Assembly (NCBI GenBank): GCA_024644045.1
Contig: JAHELT010000007.1
Location: 36-64,035 of the forward strand
DNA length: 64,000 nucleotides
From: Chromatiales bacterium
Lineage (GTDB): Bacteria; Pseudomonadota; Gammaproteobacteria; JAHELT01
Direction of reading: 5' to 3'
Position 1 is the first letter of the stretch; each line of letters starts with the position of its first letter. Under the pieces are notes generated by a model that worked only from the letters and a program-made list of their open reading frames with translations, had not been told where the DNA came from and searched no databases. This document shows positions 49,418 to 58,948 of the stretch, piece by piece. The position numbers and the translations under genes are program-made.

Positions 49418-50962
49418 TCAGGGAGCCGTAAAGAATTCGATCTGCTGCGGATTGAGATTGGTCACCACGGAGCCGATGACCACGTCGGTGGCCGTGTCGA
49501 GCACATGCACGGTGGCGTTACTGGCATCGCTGACCCACAGGTTTCCACCGGGTCCGATGGAGATGTCCGCGATATCGATCCCGGTCAATGCCGCCGCGAC
49601 GGGCAGCCCCACCGCCCCGGAGCCGGGGTCGAAGGTGAACAGCGTGGTGTCGCCGAATCCCGCGTAGCCGACCAGGTAACCCTTGTTCGGCGAGGCGATG
49701 GCCAGGGCGCTGGTCTTACCGTGAGCGCTGCCGGCCGCATCGTCGTCGACCACGACCCGCGACGTGTAGGTGTCCAGATCAATGCGCTCGACTCCGCCGC
49801 TCGAGGCAGCGAAGAAATCCCCGACTCCCTGCACGTACAACGCGTTTTCCGCGGCCATCACGACCAGGTCGTTGTTGGGGTTGCGGATCGCCAACGGTAT
49901 TCCTAAGAGCGTCGGATCGCGGCCGGTATCGATTTCCTGATCCGTTTCGATGTCGAACACGGCAATGTAGGCGGTATTGTCGGGCGCGAAAAAAACATCC
50001 CTGTCGAGGCGTTGCAGGGCAATGAACAGGCGTCCGGCGCCGATCACCGCGGCCGCCATTTCGACGATACCGTCCGCATCGGCGTAAGCGCTCAAGTCAA
50101 GCTCACCGAGTTTGAACTGCGCAAAGCGGGACGCGGCCGGATTGACGATCCACGCGGTGTTCTTCTCGTAGCGCGTGAGATACGCCTTGCCCGAACTGGC
50201 TACCACCAAGGTACGCGGATTGGTCTGGGCGGCGCTGTCGCCCGGATCCCTCACCGAGTACTGCCATTCCGGCGATGCGATGTCGTCGTCGCGGTCGAAC
50301 TTCGCCACGTTGGCCCCGTCGAAGCGTTCGATCCGGTAGGCTTTCTGCCCGGCAACGGCGATGTTGAGATCCGAATGTGTCGGCGCCAGGTCGTTCAGGG
50401 CGGACAGCATTCCGCCATCGTTGAGAATCAGGCTGTGTGCACCGCTGGAAAAGTCAGGTGCGACCGTGACCACCGCGGCCGTGTACGGGACGAAGCCCTC
50501 GTCGTTTTCGATCGTACCGCTAGCGCTGTCGAGCGCCACGGATGCGACGTTGGCGGACACGTTGCTCAACGTCAGGGTGAAGAACTCATCGGCTTCGTTG
50601 CCGCCGAACGCGACCTGGCTGTCGTCGTCACCGATCACATCGACGACCAGCGTGGTATGCCGCGCCCCGGCCGGAATCGTGCCCGAACCGGTGACCGCGA
50701 CATAGTCCTCGCCGGCAATTGCCGACCCATCGCTGGTTGCGTAATCGAAGCTGATGTCTTCGGCCACCGGCGTCGGCACGGTGACGTAGAAGCGCATCTG
50801 CGCCATTCCGGTGTCGCCCTCGACCACCGCTGTGTCGTTGATACGCAATCCCGAGACCGGCGTCCCGGTGCCGGCCTGGATCCGACCGGCATTGTCGCAG
50901 CCGGCCACGACAAGCAGCGCGGCGCCGATCAGCGCCAGGCTGCACGAACTGTTTATTTTCAT
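49418..50962 (-). CDS. Lipoprotein with N-terminal Calx-beta domain and C-terminal YVTN-type beta-propeller
   Basis: Lipobox LLVVAGC after MKINSS. Calx-beta motif (DYVAVTGSGTIPAGARHTTLVVDVIGDD). Repeated beta-propeller-like blades ending NLWVSDASNATVHVLD. Immediately downstream of btuB on the same strand. Confidence 0.7.
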   Translation of the reverse strand: MKINSSCSLALIGAALLVVAGCDNAGRIQAGTGTPVSGLRINDTAVVEGDTGMAQMRFYVTVPTPVAEDISFDYATSDGSAIAGEDYVAVTGSGTIPAGARHTTLVVDVIGDDDSQVAFGGNEADEFFTLTLSNVSANVASVALDSASGTIENDEGFVPYTAAVVTVAPDFSSGAHSLILNDGGMLSALNDLAPTHSDLNIAVAGQKAYRIERFDGANVAKFDRDDDIASPEWQYSVRDPGDSAAQTNPRTLVVASSGKAYLTRYEKNTAWIVNPAASRFAQFKLGELDLSAYADADGIVEMAAAVIGAGRLFIALQRLDRDVFFAPDNTAYIAVFDIETDQEIDTGRDPTLLGIPLAIRNPNNDLVVMAAENALYVQGVGDFFAASSGGVERIDLDTYTSRVVVDDDAAGSAHGKTSALAIASPNKGYLVGYAGFGDTTLFTFDPGSGAVGLPVAAALTGIDIADISIGPGGNLWVSDASNATVHVLDTATDVVIGSVVTNLNPQQIEFFTAP

Positions 50963-51001
50963 CCTGCTCTCCGTTGATTCATTCGATGCTCGCACGAACC
51001 T

Positions 51002-53056
51002 TCAAAACCGCAGCCGCGCACTGGCCAGGAGTGCGCGTCCCGGTCGCGGAAACCCATTGAAGTCCTGCAAACGTTCATCGAACAGGTTGTTGACCCGTAC
51101 TTCGGCTTCCCACCGGGGCGTCGTTCGCTGCACGAGCACGCTGCTCAGCGACTGGTCTTCGGCCGGCAGCAGGTTGGCGGAATCGAAAAACATGTCGCGG
51201 CGCAGCTGCGATTCGAACGCGTAACGCCAGGGCGGACGGGCGTAAGCGATGCTCGCGCGATAGGTCTGCGCAAAACGGCCCGGCAGCTCGTTGCCGTCGA
51301 ACGCCGTCACTGCGCTTTCAATCTCGGTGTCCATCAGGGTGGCTGTGAAATCCGTTTGCAAACCGTCGAAGGTCTGCAGCGAAACGCCCAGCGAAATGCC
51401 TTCGATGGTCGCGCTTGACACGTTCTCCGAGCGCCCGACGCCCTGCGCGTCGAACACCCGCGCGATCAGATCGTGCGCGCGGTTGTAGAAGATCTCGCCG
51501 GTGAGTCGCGCCTGGTGATACCAGGTGCGGGGCGCGAACAAGGTGTACTGCAGGCCCAGGTCGACGTTGGTCCCGGTCTCCGGCACCAGCAGCTCGTTAC
51601 CGAGAAAAAAGCCGCGATCGCCGAACAGCTCGAAAAACGCCGGAATGCGGGCGTAGCGCCCGACGTTCGCCTTGATGTGCGATTGCGCGTTCAGCACGTA
51701 CTTGAGACCGGCCTGTGGACTGAAGAATCGATAGCTCTCGCGGGTCACGGTCGGGGGAATGCCGGCGCTGGCATCGGTCGCGACAAGGTCGTCCTGGACC
51801 CACTGATTGCGCAGCACACCGCTCAGTATCAGGCGGTTGGCGAGCACGTAACGATTGAGCTCGATGCCTGCATTGAACGCGTCCCGCCGGCTTTCACTGT
51901 TCGCCAGCACGCCCAGCAGATCCTCGAATTCGTAAGTTTCGCGGTAACCTTCGAGCACCCCGCGCACGCTGGAGTCCCCGGTCGCGTGATTGACAAAACC
52001 GTCGACGCCTGCACGGCGGGTAGTGCCGCGCGTATGCTGTACCTGCAACCCGATCTGCCCGGTGCGATCGTCGAAGACCTCCTGCTTGTCGGACGCGAAG
52101 ACATTCACGCTGGCGCTGGTGCGTGCCCCACCCAGACGCAGGAAATCCAGCCGGTTGTACAGGCGCAGGGTCTCGGTCTCGAGACGCGCGCGGGTGTCGG
52201 CATCGTTGCTCAGATCCGGCAGACCCTGATCCTTGTCGAAGCGCTGTAGCGCAAGCGTCGATGCCGTGTCCGCGCTTAGCTCGTGGCGCCACTTGCCAAA
52301 CAGCGTGTGCTGACGGAAATCGGCGTTGTTGCGCGGCTCGTCGAAATCGTCCTCGCCGTTGAAGGCGGTACCGTTATCATTGCGGATTTCGAAATCGTTG
52401 TCGCTGGCGAGCGCGCTCGCGTTCAGCACCACGCTGTCACGCTCGTATGCCTGTTGCCAGCCGGCCGCCAGCGCGCGGGTGGCGAAAGAACCGGCGGCCG
52501 CTTTGAGGTTGCCGGCCGTCTCGCGCGTCGCCTTCGCGGTGACCAGATTGACGGCACCGCCCAGCGATGCGCCGCCGAGCTCAAGGGGGGTTGCGCCGCG
52601 AAAGATCTCGATCCGCTCCAGCTGCTCGAGGTCGATGGCGCTGAGATCCACGCCGCCGCCCGCCGCGTCATTGAGGGGCACGCCGTCGAGATAGATCAGG
52701 ACCTGCTCGCTGGAGGCACCGCGCAGGCTGACCGTGGAGAAGCTGCCGAGGCCGCCGCTGCTCTGAACCTGCACGCCCATTGCCTGTTGCAAGACCTGTG
52801 GCAGGTCCGTGACCCCGACGGCAAAGGCTTCACGCGGCAGGACCTCGTACTGCACGGGCGTGCTGTAAAGACTGACCTCGCCCGGGGCGGCCAGCTCGTA
52901 CACCCCGGCGGCCTCGCTGATGGTGATCCGCAGCGGCACGTCCGCAGCGACCGTGGTGTTCGCCAGCAACCAGGCGCCGAGCGCCATTACGCAACGGCAC
53001 ATCGCGCGACCCGCCGATTGGCGCGCAATACGTGCTGCATGCCGTTGAGTCCGCAT
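51002..53056 (-). CDS. btuB: TonB-dependent outer-membrane receptor, cobalamin type
   Basis: Signal peptide and plug domain. C-terminal ...ARLRF terminal Phe. Preceded by a cobalamin riboswitch and flanked by btuCDF homologues. Confidence 0.85.
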   Translation of the reverse strand: MRTQRHAARIARQSAGRAMCRCVMALGAWLLANTTVAADVPLRITISEAAGVYELAAPGEVSLYSTPVQYEVLPREAFAVGVTDLPQVLQQAMGVQVQSSGGLGSFSTVSLRGASSEQVLIYLDGVPLNDAAGGGVDLSAIDLEQLERIEIFRGATPLELGGASLGGAVNLVTAKATRETAGNLKAAAGSFATRALAAGWQQAYERDSVVLNASALASDNDFEIRNDNGTAFNGEDDFDEPRNNADFRQHTLFGKWRHELSADTASTLALQRFDKDQGLPDLSNDADTRARLETETLRLYNRLDFLRLGGARTSASVNVFASDKQEVFDDRTGQIGLQVQHTRGTTRRAGVDGFVNHATGDSSVRGVLEGYRETYEFEDLLGVLANSESRRDAFNAGIELNRYVLANRLILSGVLRNQWVQDDLVATDASAGIPPTVTRESYRFFSPQAGLKYVLNAQSHIKANVGRYARIPAFFELFGDRGFFLGNELLVPETGTNVDLGLQYTLFAPRTWYHQARLTGEIFYNRAHDLIARVFDAQGVGRSENVSSATIEGISLGVSLQTFDGLQTDFTATLMDTEIESAVTAFDGNELPGRFAQTYRASIAYARPPWRYAFESQLRRDMFFDSANLLPAEDQSLSSVLVQRTTPRWEAEVRVNNLFDERLQDFNGFPRPGRALLASARLRF

Positions 53057-53074
53057 CCGCCGCCCTTCGCAACG

Positions 53075-53335
53075 TTAACGACTGGCAAGCAGGTCGGTCT
53101 CCGGGCTCATGGCGGGCATCACCCGCGCGGATTGCCTTCCCGCAGAGTGAGCGCCTGTCCGGCATCGCGCCAGCGGCGATCGCAGTGCAGTGGCGGTGAA
53201 TCCACGCTGCACAGGCCTTTGCCTGTGCGCCATTTACCGTTGCGAGGGCAGCGTCAGAATTGCACTGACTTCCCGGGACACGCGCTGCGCGCGAGTCCAG
53301 CACCTGATTGCAACCGGTTCACCATATAGCAGTGC
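53075..53335 (-). promoter_or_regulatory. Cobalamin (AdoCbl) riboswitch in the btuB 5' leader
   Basis: Minus-strand sequence contains GGTGAACCGG...GGGAAG... elements and a B12-box AGCCCGGAGACCGACCTGC (reverse complement of 53089..53107) just upstream of the btuB start. Confidence 0.55.
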
Positions 53336-53394
53336 TCCCTCGGGAGGCAAGCGATACCGCGGCTCGGCAAACGCAACGGCGGAATTTCCCTACA

Positions 53395-54165
53395 ATGCGC
53401 GGCATGCTGGAAGTGCGCGACCTGGACGTGGAGATTGCCGGCAAGTCGGTGTGCCGGTCGCTGTGTCTTGCGATGAACGGTGGCCAGCGCTGGTCGGTGC
53501 TCGGGGCCAACGGCGTGGGGAAAACCACGCTGCTGCACACGCTCGCCGGGCTGCGCCCGGCTAGCGCCGGGCACGTGCTGCTCGACGGTCAACCGCTTGC
53601 CGCGACACGGCCGCGGGCCCGCGCGCGGCGCGTCGGTGTGCTGTTCCAGGACCACGACGACCCGTTTCCGGCCACCGTCCTGGAGACCGCCCTGATCGGC
53701 CGCCACCCGCACGTCGCACCGCTCGCCTGGGAATCGCGCGCCGACGTGGCGCTCGCGGAACAGGCTCTGCAGGCGGTTCAGCTCGACGGGTTCGCGCGGC
53801 GCAGCGTCACGACGCTCTCCGGCGGCGAGCGCCAGCGCCTCGCCATAGCATCGCTGCTCACGCAGGATCCGCAGGTCTGGCTGCTGGACGAGCCGATCAA
53901 TCACCTCGATCTGCATCACCAGATTGCGCTTCTCAAGCTGCTGCAGACGCGCACCTCAGACAGCGGCGCCACCGCCCTGATGACCCTGCACGATGTGAAC
54001 ATGGCGGCGCGCTTCTGCAACCACATGCTGCTGCTGTTCGGCCACGGGGAAACGCTGCACGGGCGCACCGACGAGGTTCTCTCGGTCGGCAACCTGGAAC
54101 GCCTGTACGGCCATCCGATCGAGTGCCTGTCGGTCAACGGCCGGCGCGTGTTCTTACCGGCTTGA
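53395..54165 (+). CDS. btuD: Cobalamin/iron-chelate ABC transporter ATP-binding protein (FecE/BtuD-like)
   Basis: Start at MRGMLEVRDLDV. Walker A GANGVGKTT, signature LSGGERQRL, Walker B LLDEP. Confidence 0.8.
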   Translation: MRGMLEVRDLDVEIAGKSVCRSLCLAMNGGQRWSVLGANGVGKTTLLHTLAGLRPASAGHVLLDGQPLAATRPRARARRVGVLFQDHDDPFPATVLETALIGRHPHVAPLAWESRADVALAEQALQAVQLDGFARRSVTTLSGGERQRLAIASLLTQDPQVWLLDEPINHLDLHHQIALLKLLQTRTSDSGATALMTLHDVNMAARFCNHMLLLFGHGETLHGRTDEVLSVGNLERLYGHPIECLSVNGRRVFLPA

Positions 54166-54520
54166 GCCATCGTTGAGGCCGTGCACTGCTGCGGCGGGTT
54201 CCGCTAGCCCGCATGTTGCATGAAGGATAACTCCGGGCATCCCTGCGCCTTGCGCCCTGCGGGTCAGCTAATGGCTGTGCAAATTGTTCCAGACAATTCA
54301 GTCGCCTTCTCAGGGAAAATCTGGCTGAGTAGATTTGACGATCGCGTGCAGAGAAATAGTCGGACTCTTGCTCAAGGGCGATCGTCCAATATACGACGCC
54401 AGATTCTTCCTGAAAGTGAACCCAAGCTGTAGTTCGGCAATAACGCACAAGTACCTGCGTAACGGTTTGATTTGATTGTGAAACGCAGGGGACTCGCGAC
54501 CGCTTTCGTGCAAATGCGGG

Positions 54521-55402
54521 CTAGGGTTTCACTCTCGACAGTGCGAGCTGTTCACACAACCGTTGCATGCCTTCGAGAATGCGCGGCGTGTGACGCTGGA
54601 TGAGCTCCGGGGGCACGAAGTAGAGATTGCCCCGACGTACCGCCTCGAGCTCCGGCCAGCGGCGCCAGTGGTCCAGCCACTGCGGCCTCTGCTCGCGCAT
54701 ACCGCTGGCGATGATCACCTGCGGGTTGGCGCGCAGCACGGCCTCGGTATCCAGGCGCGGCGCGAGATTGGGCAGATCGGCGAACACGTTGCGCCCGCCG
54801 CAGCGGCGCAGCACATCGCTGATCAGGTGCTTCCCGTTCACCGTGATCAGCGGCCGGTTCCACACCTGGTAGAACACCGAGACCACACGCGTACCGGCGG
54901 CCTGCGCCTGCAGCGACTGCAGCCGTGCATCGAAGTCGCTCGCCGCCTTGTTTGCCTGCGCGTCGGTGCCGGCGACCCTGCCGAGCAGCCGCAGTGTCCT
55001 CGACACATCCTCCAGCGTACGCGGTTCGCTGCGCAGCACGGTCAGGCCGAGCCGCTGCAGCGTATCGACCTCGCCGCGCGGATTGCCGCTGATCCAGGCC
55101 ACGATCAGGTCGGGTTTGAGGGCGAGTATCTTCTCGGTGTCAAATTTCTTGTAATTACCGATCCGCGGCAGGGCCGCCGCCGCCGCCGGGTAGTCGCTGT
55201 AGTCGACGCCGGCCACGACCCTGTCGCCGGCACCGGCCGCGAACAGCAACTCGGTGATAAAAGGCGCCAGGCTGATGATCCGCGCAGCCGGTCGGGCCAG
55301 CACGATACGCCGCTGCGCGTCGTCGACGACATCGACCCCGGCGCCGGCGGGCAGCGCGGCCGACGCCGCCCAGAGCACTATGATGGCAACGGCGGCCCGC
55401 AT
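54521..55402 (-). CDS. btuF: Periplasmic cobalamin-binding protein (class-III SBP, BtuF-like)
   Basis: 293 aa with signal peptide. Family-8 periplasmic binding protein (PBP8) features (IISLAPFITELLFAAGAGDRVVAV). Stop abuts the cobS start. Confidence 0.75.
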   Translation of the reverse strand: MRAAVAIIVLWAASAALPAGAGVDVVDDAQRRIVLARPAARIISLAPFITELLFAAGAGDRVVAGVDYSDYPAAAAALPRIGNYKKFDTEKILALKPDLIVAWISGNPRGEVDTLQRLGLTVLRSEPRTLEDVSRTLRLLGRVAGTDAQANKAASDFDARLQSLQAQAAGTRVVSVFYQVWNRPLITVNGKHLISDVLRRCGGRNVFADLPNLAPRLDTEAVLRANPQVIIASGMREQRPQWLDHWRRWPELEAVRRGNLYFVPPELIQRHTPRILEGMQRLCEQLALSRVKP

Positions 55403-56140
55403 TCAAACGCGCAGCGCAACCGCCATCAGCGCGCCCGTCTCCAGCACCTCGATGGTGGCGCCGGTGGTGTCGCCGGTCGCACCGCCGAGGCGCCGGCACA
55501 TCAGATGGCGGCAGGCGAGAAACAGCACGGCCATCGCCCCGGCACTCACCAGCCCGTCCACGCCGGACAGCAAAGTGACGGCCAGCACGCACGGCGTGAC
55601 CACTTTCCAGGCCAGCGCGCCGGTGCTGGCGCGCGCCAGCGCTTCGCCGAGCCCGCCCGGGCGCACATACTCCGTCGTCCCGTACAGCAGCGGGACCGCG
55701 CACCGCGCGAGGGCGCACACCCCCAGCAGAATCCACGTGCGTTCGTGCTCGACGAGCGCGACAAGCGCGGCGAACTTGCCGATCAGGATCAGCGCGACCG
55801 CGCAGGCGCCCGCCGCCCCGATTCGCGGATCGCGCATGATCTCGAGGCTGCGCGTGCGATCCCCGTAGCCACCCAGCCAGGCGTCGGCGCTGTCCGCCAG
55901 CCCGTCCAGGTGCAGGGCCCCGGTGATCGCGACCCACGCCAGGAGCACCAGCGCCGCCAGCGTGCCGTGAGCGGCGGTGGGCCAGCTTGCCAGCGCATGC
56001 AGCGAGGCCCCGATCAACACACCGACCACCGGATACCAGTAGAGCGACCGCGCCGGGTCGGCGTCCGTGATCCGCCCGGCATGCACCGGCAGTCGCGTCA
56101 GCAGCTGCAGCGCCGCGCGCAGGGAAGCCGGCAGCGTCAT
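55403..56140 (-). CDS. cobS: Adenosylcobinamide-GDP ribazoletransferase (cobalamin synthase)
   Basis: ~245 aa from MTLPASLRAALQLLTRLP. Conserved HLDGLADSAD motif. ATGA overlap with cobC. Confidence 0.85.
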   Translation of the reverse strand: MTLPASLRAALQLLTRLPVHAGRITDADPARSLYWYPVVGVLIGASLHALASWPTAAHGTLAALVLLAWVAITGALHLDGLADSADAWLGGYGDRTRSLEIMRDPRIGAAGACAVALILIGKFAALVALVEHERTWILLGVCALARCAVPLLYGTTEYVRPGGLGEALARASTGALAWKVVTPCVLAVTLLSGVDGLVSAGAMAVLFLACRHLMCRRLGGATGDTTGATIEVLETGALMAVALRV

Positions 56141-56736
56141 GCGTGGCTGCGCAGCACCACGCGGCGTGCCTCCGCACCTTCGGTGTAAACAGCGAGCTGC
56201 GACAGGCACGCGTACCCGACTTCCAGGCTGAACAGGTTCTGCGCGGGAATCTGCAGCACGCTGCTCAGAATCACACGGATCGTGCCGCCGTGGGCGACGA
56301 TCAGCCAGCGCCCTTCGGCGCACTCGACGACGCGCTGCCAGGCGGTCATCACCCGCGCCTGAAAATCGTCGAAAGCCTCGCCCCCCGGCGGCGGGTTGGC
56401 GATCGGGTCCTCGAAGAAGCTGCGCACCCGTTCCGGGGCCCGGGTCCACAGCACGTCCGGCGGCTGACCTTCCCACTCGCCGAAATCGATTTCCGCGAAC
56501 CGGCGGTCGACCGACACCGGCGTGTCGCGCTGCTGCGCGATGTGCTCGGCAAAGGCAGCGCATCGCCGCAACGGCGAGGTGACGATATGCGACCAGGCTG
56601 CGCAAGGCTCCACTGCACGCTGCATCTGCTCCCAGCCGAGCTCGCTCAACGGATCGTCCACCCGGCCGCGCACACGGGTTCCGCCGACCGGTTCACCGTG
56701 ACGCAGCAGCTCGATGACGGCGCGGGTGTCACGCAT
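56137..56736 (-). CDS. cobC: Alpha-ribazole-5'-phosphate phosphatase (histidine phosphatase family)
   Basis: LLRHGEPVGG (RHG motif), later IVAHGGTIRV. Start uncertain (56736 or 56751). Confidence 0.75.
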   Translation of the reverse strand: MRDTRAVIELLRHGEPVGGTRVRGRVDDPLSELGWEQMQRAVEPCAAWSHIVTSPLRRCAAFAEHIAQQRDTPVSVDRRFAEIDFGEWEGQPPDVLWTRAPERVRSFFEDPIANPPPGGEAFDDFQARVMTAWQRVVECAEGRWLIVAHGGTIRVILSSVLQIPAQNLFSLEVGYACLSQLAVYTEGAEARRVVLRSHA

Positions 56737-57805
56737 CACCGCGATCCGCAACGCCCGCTTCGGCGAAGGTGGCCATACCGTTGTGCAACTCGCATGCGCT
56801 GCGCAGCAGGTTCATCGCCAGCGCCGCACCGCTGCCCTCGCCCAGGCGCAGGTCGAGATCCAGCAGCGGCCGCGCACCCAGCGCCTCCAGCAGCAGACGG
56901 TGCCCGGGCTCCGCCGAGCGATGCGCGAACACCAGCCAGTCGCGCGTGGCGGGCTGAATCCGGCAAGCCGCCAGCGCCGCGGCGCCGGCAATGAAACCGT
57001 CGACCAGCGCAGTCACGCCGGCCTGCGCGCAAGCAACGTAGGCACCGGCCATGGCGGCGAGTTCAAACCCGCCGAGTGTCTGCAGCACCTCGAGCGGCCG
57101 CGCCGGATCGGGGGCGTGCAGGCGCAGCGCTTCGCGGATCACGTCGACCTTGCGAGCCACACCGGCGACGTCCAGCCCGGTACCCGGACCGGCGGTTTCC
57201 TGCGCGTCCCGCTCGAGCAGTGCGGCGGCGACCGCGGCGGCGGCGGTGGTGTTGCCTATGCCCATGTCGCCGGCGATGAAAACGTCCGCGCGGTAGTCGA
57301 TTGCGCGCGCAACGGCATCGCGGCCGGCCCACATCGCCGCGGTGAGCTGCGCCGGCAGCATGGCAGCGGCGCACCGCAGGTTCTCCGTGGCAGCACCGGC
57401 ACGGGCGACGATCACCCCCGCTACGCTCTCGCGGCTGCACAAGGTTCCCACGTCAACCACCTCCAGGCGTGCACCCAGCTCGCACGCCAGCACGGAAATC
57501 GCCGCACCCCCGTTCGCAATGTTGCTCAGCATTTGCTGCGTGACCGCCTGCGGGTAGGCGGCAACACCTTCGGCCACGACACCGTGATCGGCGGCGAACA
57601 CGCTGATGAACACGCGTTGCGCCCGCGGCTTGTCGGTACCCTGCATGGCCGCCAGATCGATCGCGATCTGTTCCAGCAGGCCCAGCGAGCCCGGCGGCTT
57701 CGTCAGGGTGCTCTGGCGTTGCGCGGCCCGTTGAGCCATCACCAGGTTGCGCTCTCGTGGCGGCGTCTGCAGCCAGGCGTCAGCGCCCGTTTGCATCTTC
57801 ACCAC
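56729..57805 (-). CDS. cobT: Nicotinate-nucleotide--dimethylbenzimidazole phosphoribosyltransferase
   Basis: LTKPPGSLGLLE and GDMGIGNTT motifs. Start may be 57796. Confidence 0.85.
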   Translation of the reverse strand: MVKMQTGADAWLQTPPRERNLVMAQRAAQRQSTLTKPPGSLGLLEQIAIDLAAMQGTDKPRAQRVFISVFAADHGVVAEGVAAYPQAVTQQMLSNIANGGAAISVLACELGARLEVVDVGTLCSRESVAGVIVARAGAATENLRCAAAMLPAQLTAAMWAGRDAVARAIDYRADVFIAGDMGIGNTTAAAAVAAALLERDAQETAGPGTGLDVAGVARKVDVIREALRLHAPDPARPLEVLQTLGGFELAAMAGAYVACAQAGVTALVDGFIAGAAALAACRIQPATRDWLVFAHRSAEPGHRLLLEALGARPLLDLDLRLGEGSGAALAMNLLRSACELHNGMATFAEAGVADRGDA

Positions 57806-58319
57806 CGCGCAGGTATTGCGGAAGACCCGCCATCATGAACACCACCCGCTCGCAGATCGCGCCGAGTCGCTGATGCAACGCGCCCGCGGTATCGCAGAAC
57901 CGGCGCGACAGAGGCGTCGCCGGTACCACGCCCAGTCCCACCTCGTTGCTGATCAACACGACGTCGCCGCGCAGCGCCGGCAGCAGCTCGCACAGGTGCT
58001 CGACCTCGGCACTGACATCGGCCTGCTCGCCCTGCAGCAGCTGATTCGTCAGCCACAACGTGAGACAGTCGACGATGACGAACCGGCCCGGCTGCGCGAG
58101 CGATTCCAGGGCATGCGACAGCGCCAGCGGTTCTTCGACTGTTCGCCAGGTCGGGGGTCGTTGCGCGCGATGACGGGCGATGCGCGAGCGCATTTCCGCG
58201 TCGTCGCCCGGTGTCGCCGTGGCCAGGTACACCACGGGCAGGCCGCTGCGTTCGGCCAGCGACTGGGCGAACCGGCTCTTGCCCGAGCGCACGCCGCCGA
58301 GAATCAACGTCGAGCTCAA
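57780..58319 (-). CDS. cobU: Bifunctional adenosylcobinamide kinase / adenosylcobinamide-phosphate guanylyltransferase
   Basis: MSSTLILGGVRSGKSRFAQ P-loop, 179 aa. Confidence 0.85.
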   Translation of the reverse strand: MSSTLILGGVRSGKSRFAQSLAERSGLPVVYLATATPGDDAEMRSRIARHRAQRPPTWRTVEEPLALSHALESLAQPGRFVIVDCLTLWLTNQLLQGEQADVSAEVEHLCELLPALRGDVVLISNEVGLGVVPATPLSRRFCDTAGALHQRLGAICERVVFMMAGLPQYLRGGEDANGR

Positions 58320-58948
58320 TCGCGCCGCCCCTGCGACCCGGCCAGGTGCTGCTCCAGCGCTTGTTTTTCCTCGGGCGTATTGACGTTGCGGAAGGCGTCC
58401 GTTGCGTCGGAAAAATCCGCCTCCGCGCAGGCATGACGCGCATACCAGCGGTCGATCTTGCGCTCGCCGCTGGCCAGAAACGCCCGCAGATCATCGCGCA
58501 GGGTCACATCCAGCAACGCGAACACCGGCTGCAGCCGCTCACCGTCGTGCGCTACCGCCAGACGCGCACCGGCCGCCGTCATCGCGGCGTGCAAACGCGC
58601 CACCAGATCGCCCGGCACCAGCGGCGAGTCGCAGGGGACGGTGACGAGCAGCGGCGTCAGCGCCGCCTGCATCCCGCTGAGCATACCGGCGAGTGGACCG
58701 AGGAAGCCGCCCTCGCTGTCGCCGATCACGCGACAGCCGAGCTGCGCGTAGCGGTCGCGGTTGCGGTTGGCGTTGATCAGCACCTCACTCACCTGCGTAC
58801 GCAGCGCGCGCAGCACGTGCTCCGCCATAGACACACCGTTGAGCTCAATCAGACCCTTGTCATGGCCGCCCATGCGACGCGCACGCCCGCCTGCCAGTAT
58901 CAGGCCGGTAACCGTATCGTGGGGGGCGGTGTGCTGCGAGTTCGACAA
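58316..58948 (-). CDS. mobA: Molybdenum cofactor guanylyltransferase MobA
   Basis: TGLILAGGRARRMGGHDKGLIELNG and FSDATDAFRNVNTPEE closely follow E. coli MobA. TTG start with GGAG RBS gives ~210 aa. An alternative ATG at 59017 is in frame. Confidence 0.7.
   Translation of the reverse strand: MSNSQHTAPHDTVTGLILAGGRARRMGGHDKGLIELNGVSMAEHVLRALRTQVSEVLINANRNRDRYAQLGCRVIGDSEGGFLGPLAGMLSGMQAALTPLLVTVPCDSPLVPGDLVARLHAAMTAAGARLAVAHDGERLQPVFALLDVTLRDDLRAFLASGERKIDRWYARHACAEADFSDATDAFRNVNTPEEKQALEQHLAGSQGRRD

Noticed and set aside
54563-56188. 541-aa plus-strand ORF and 340-aa minus-strand ORF (55155..56177) over btuF/cobS
   Set aside because: Both overlap the recognisable CobS and BtuF-like frames. 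Arg/Gly/Pro-rich nonsense composition.
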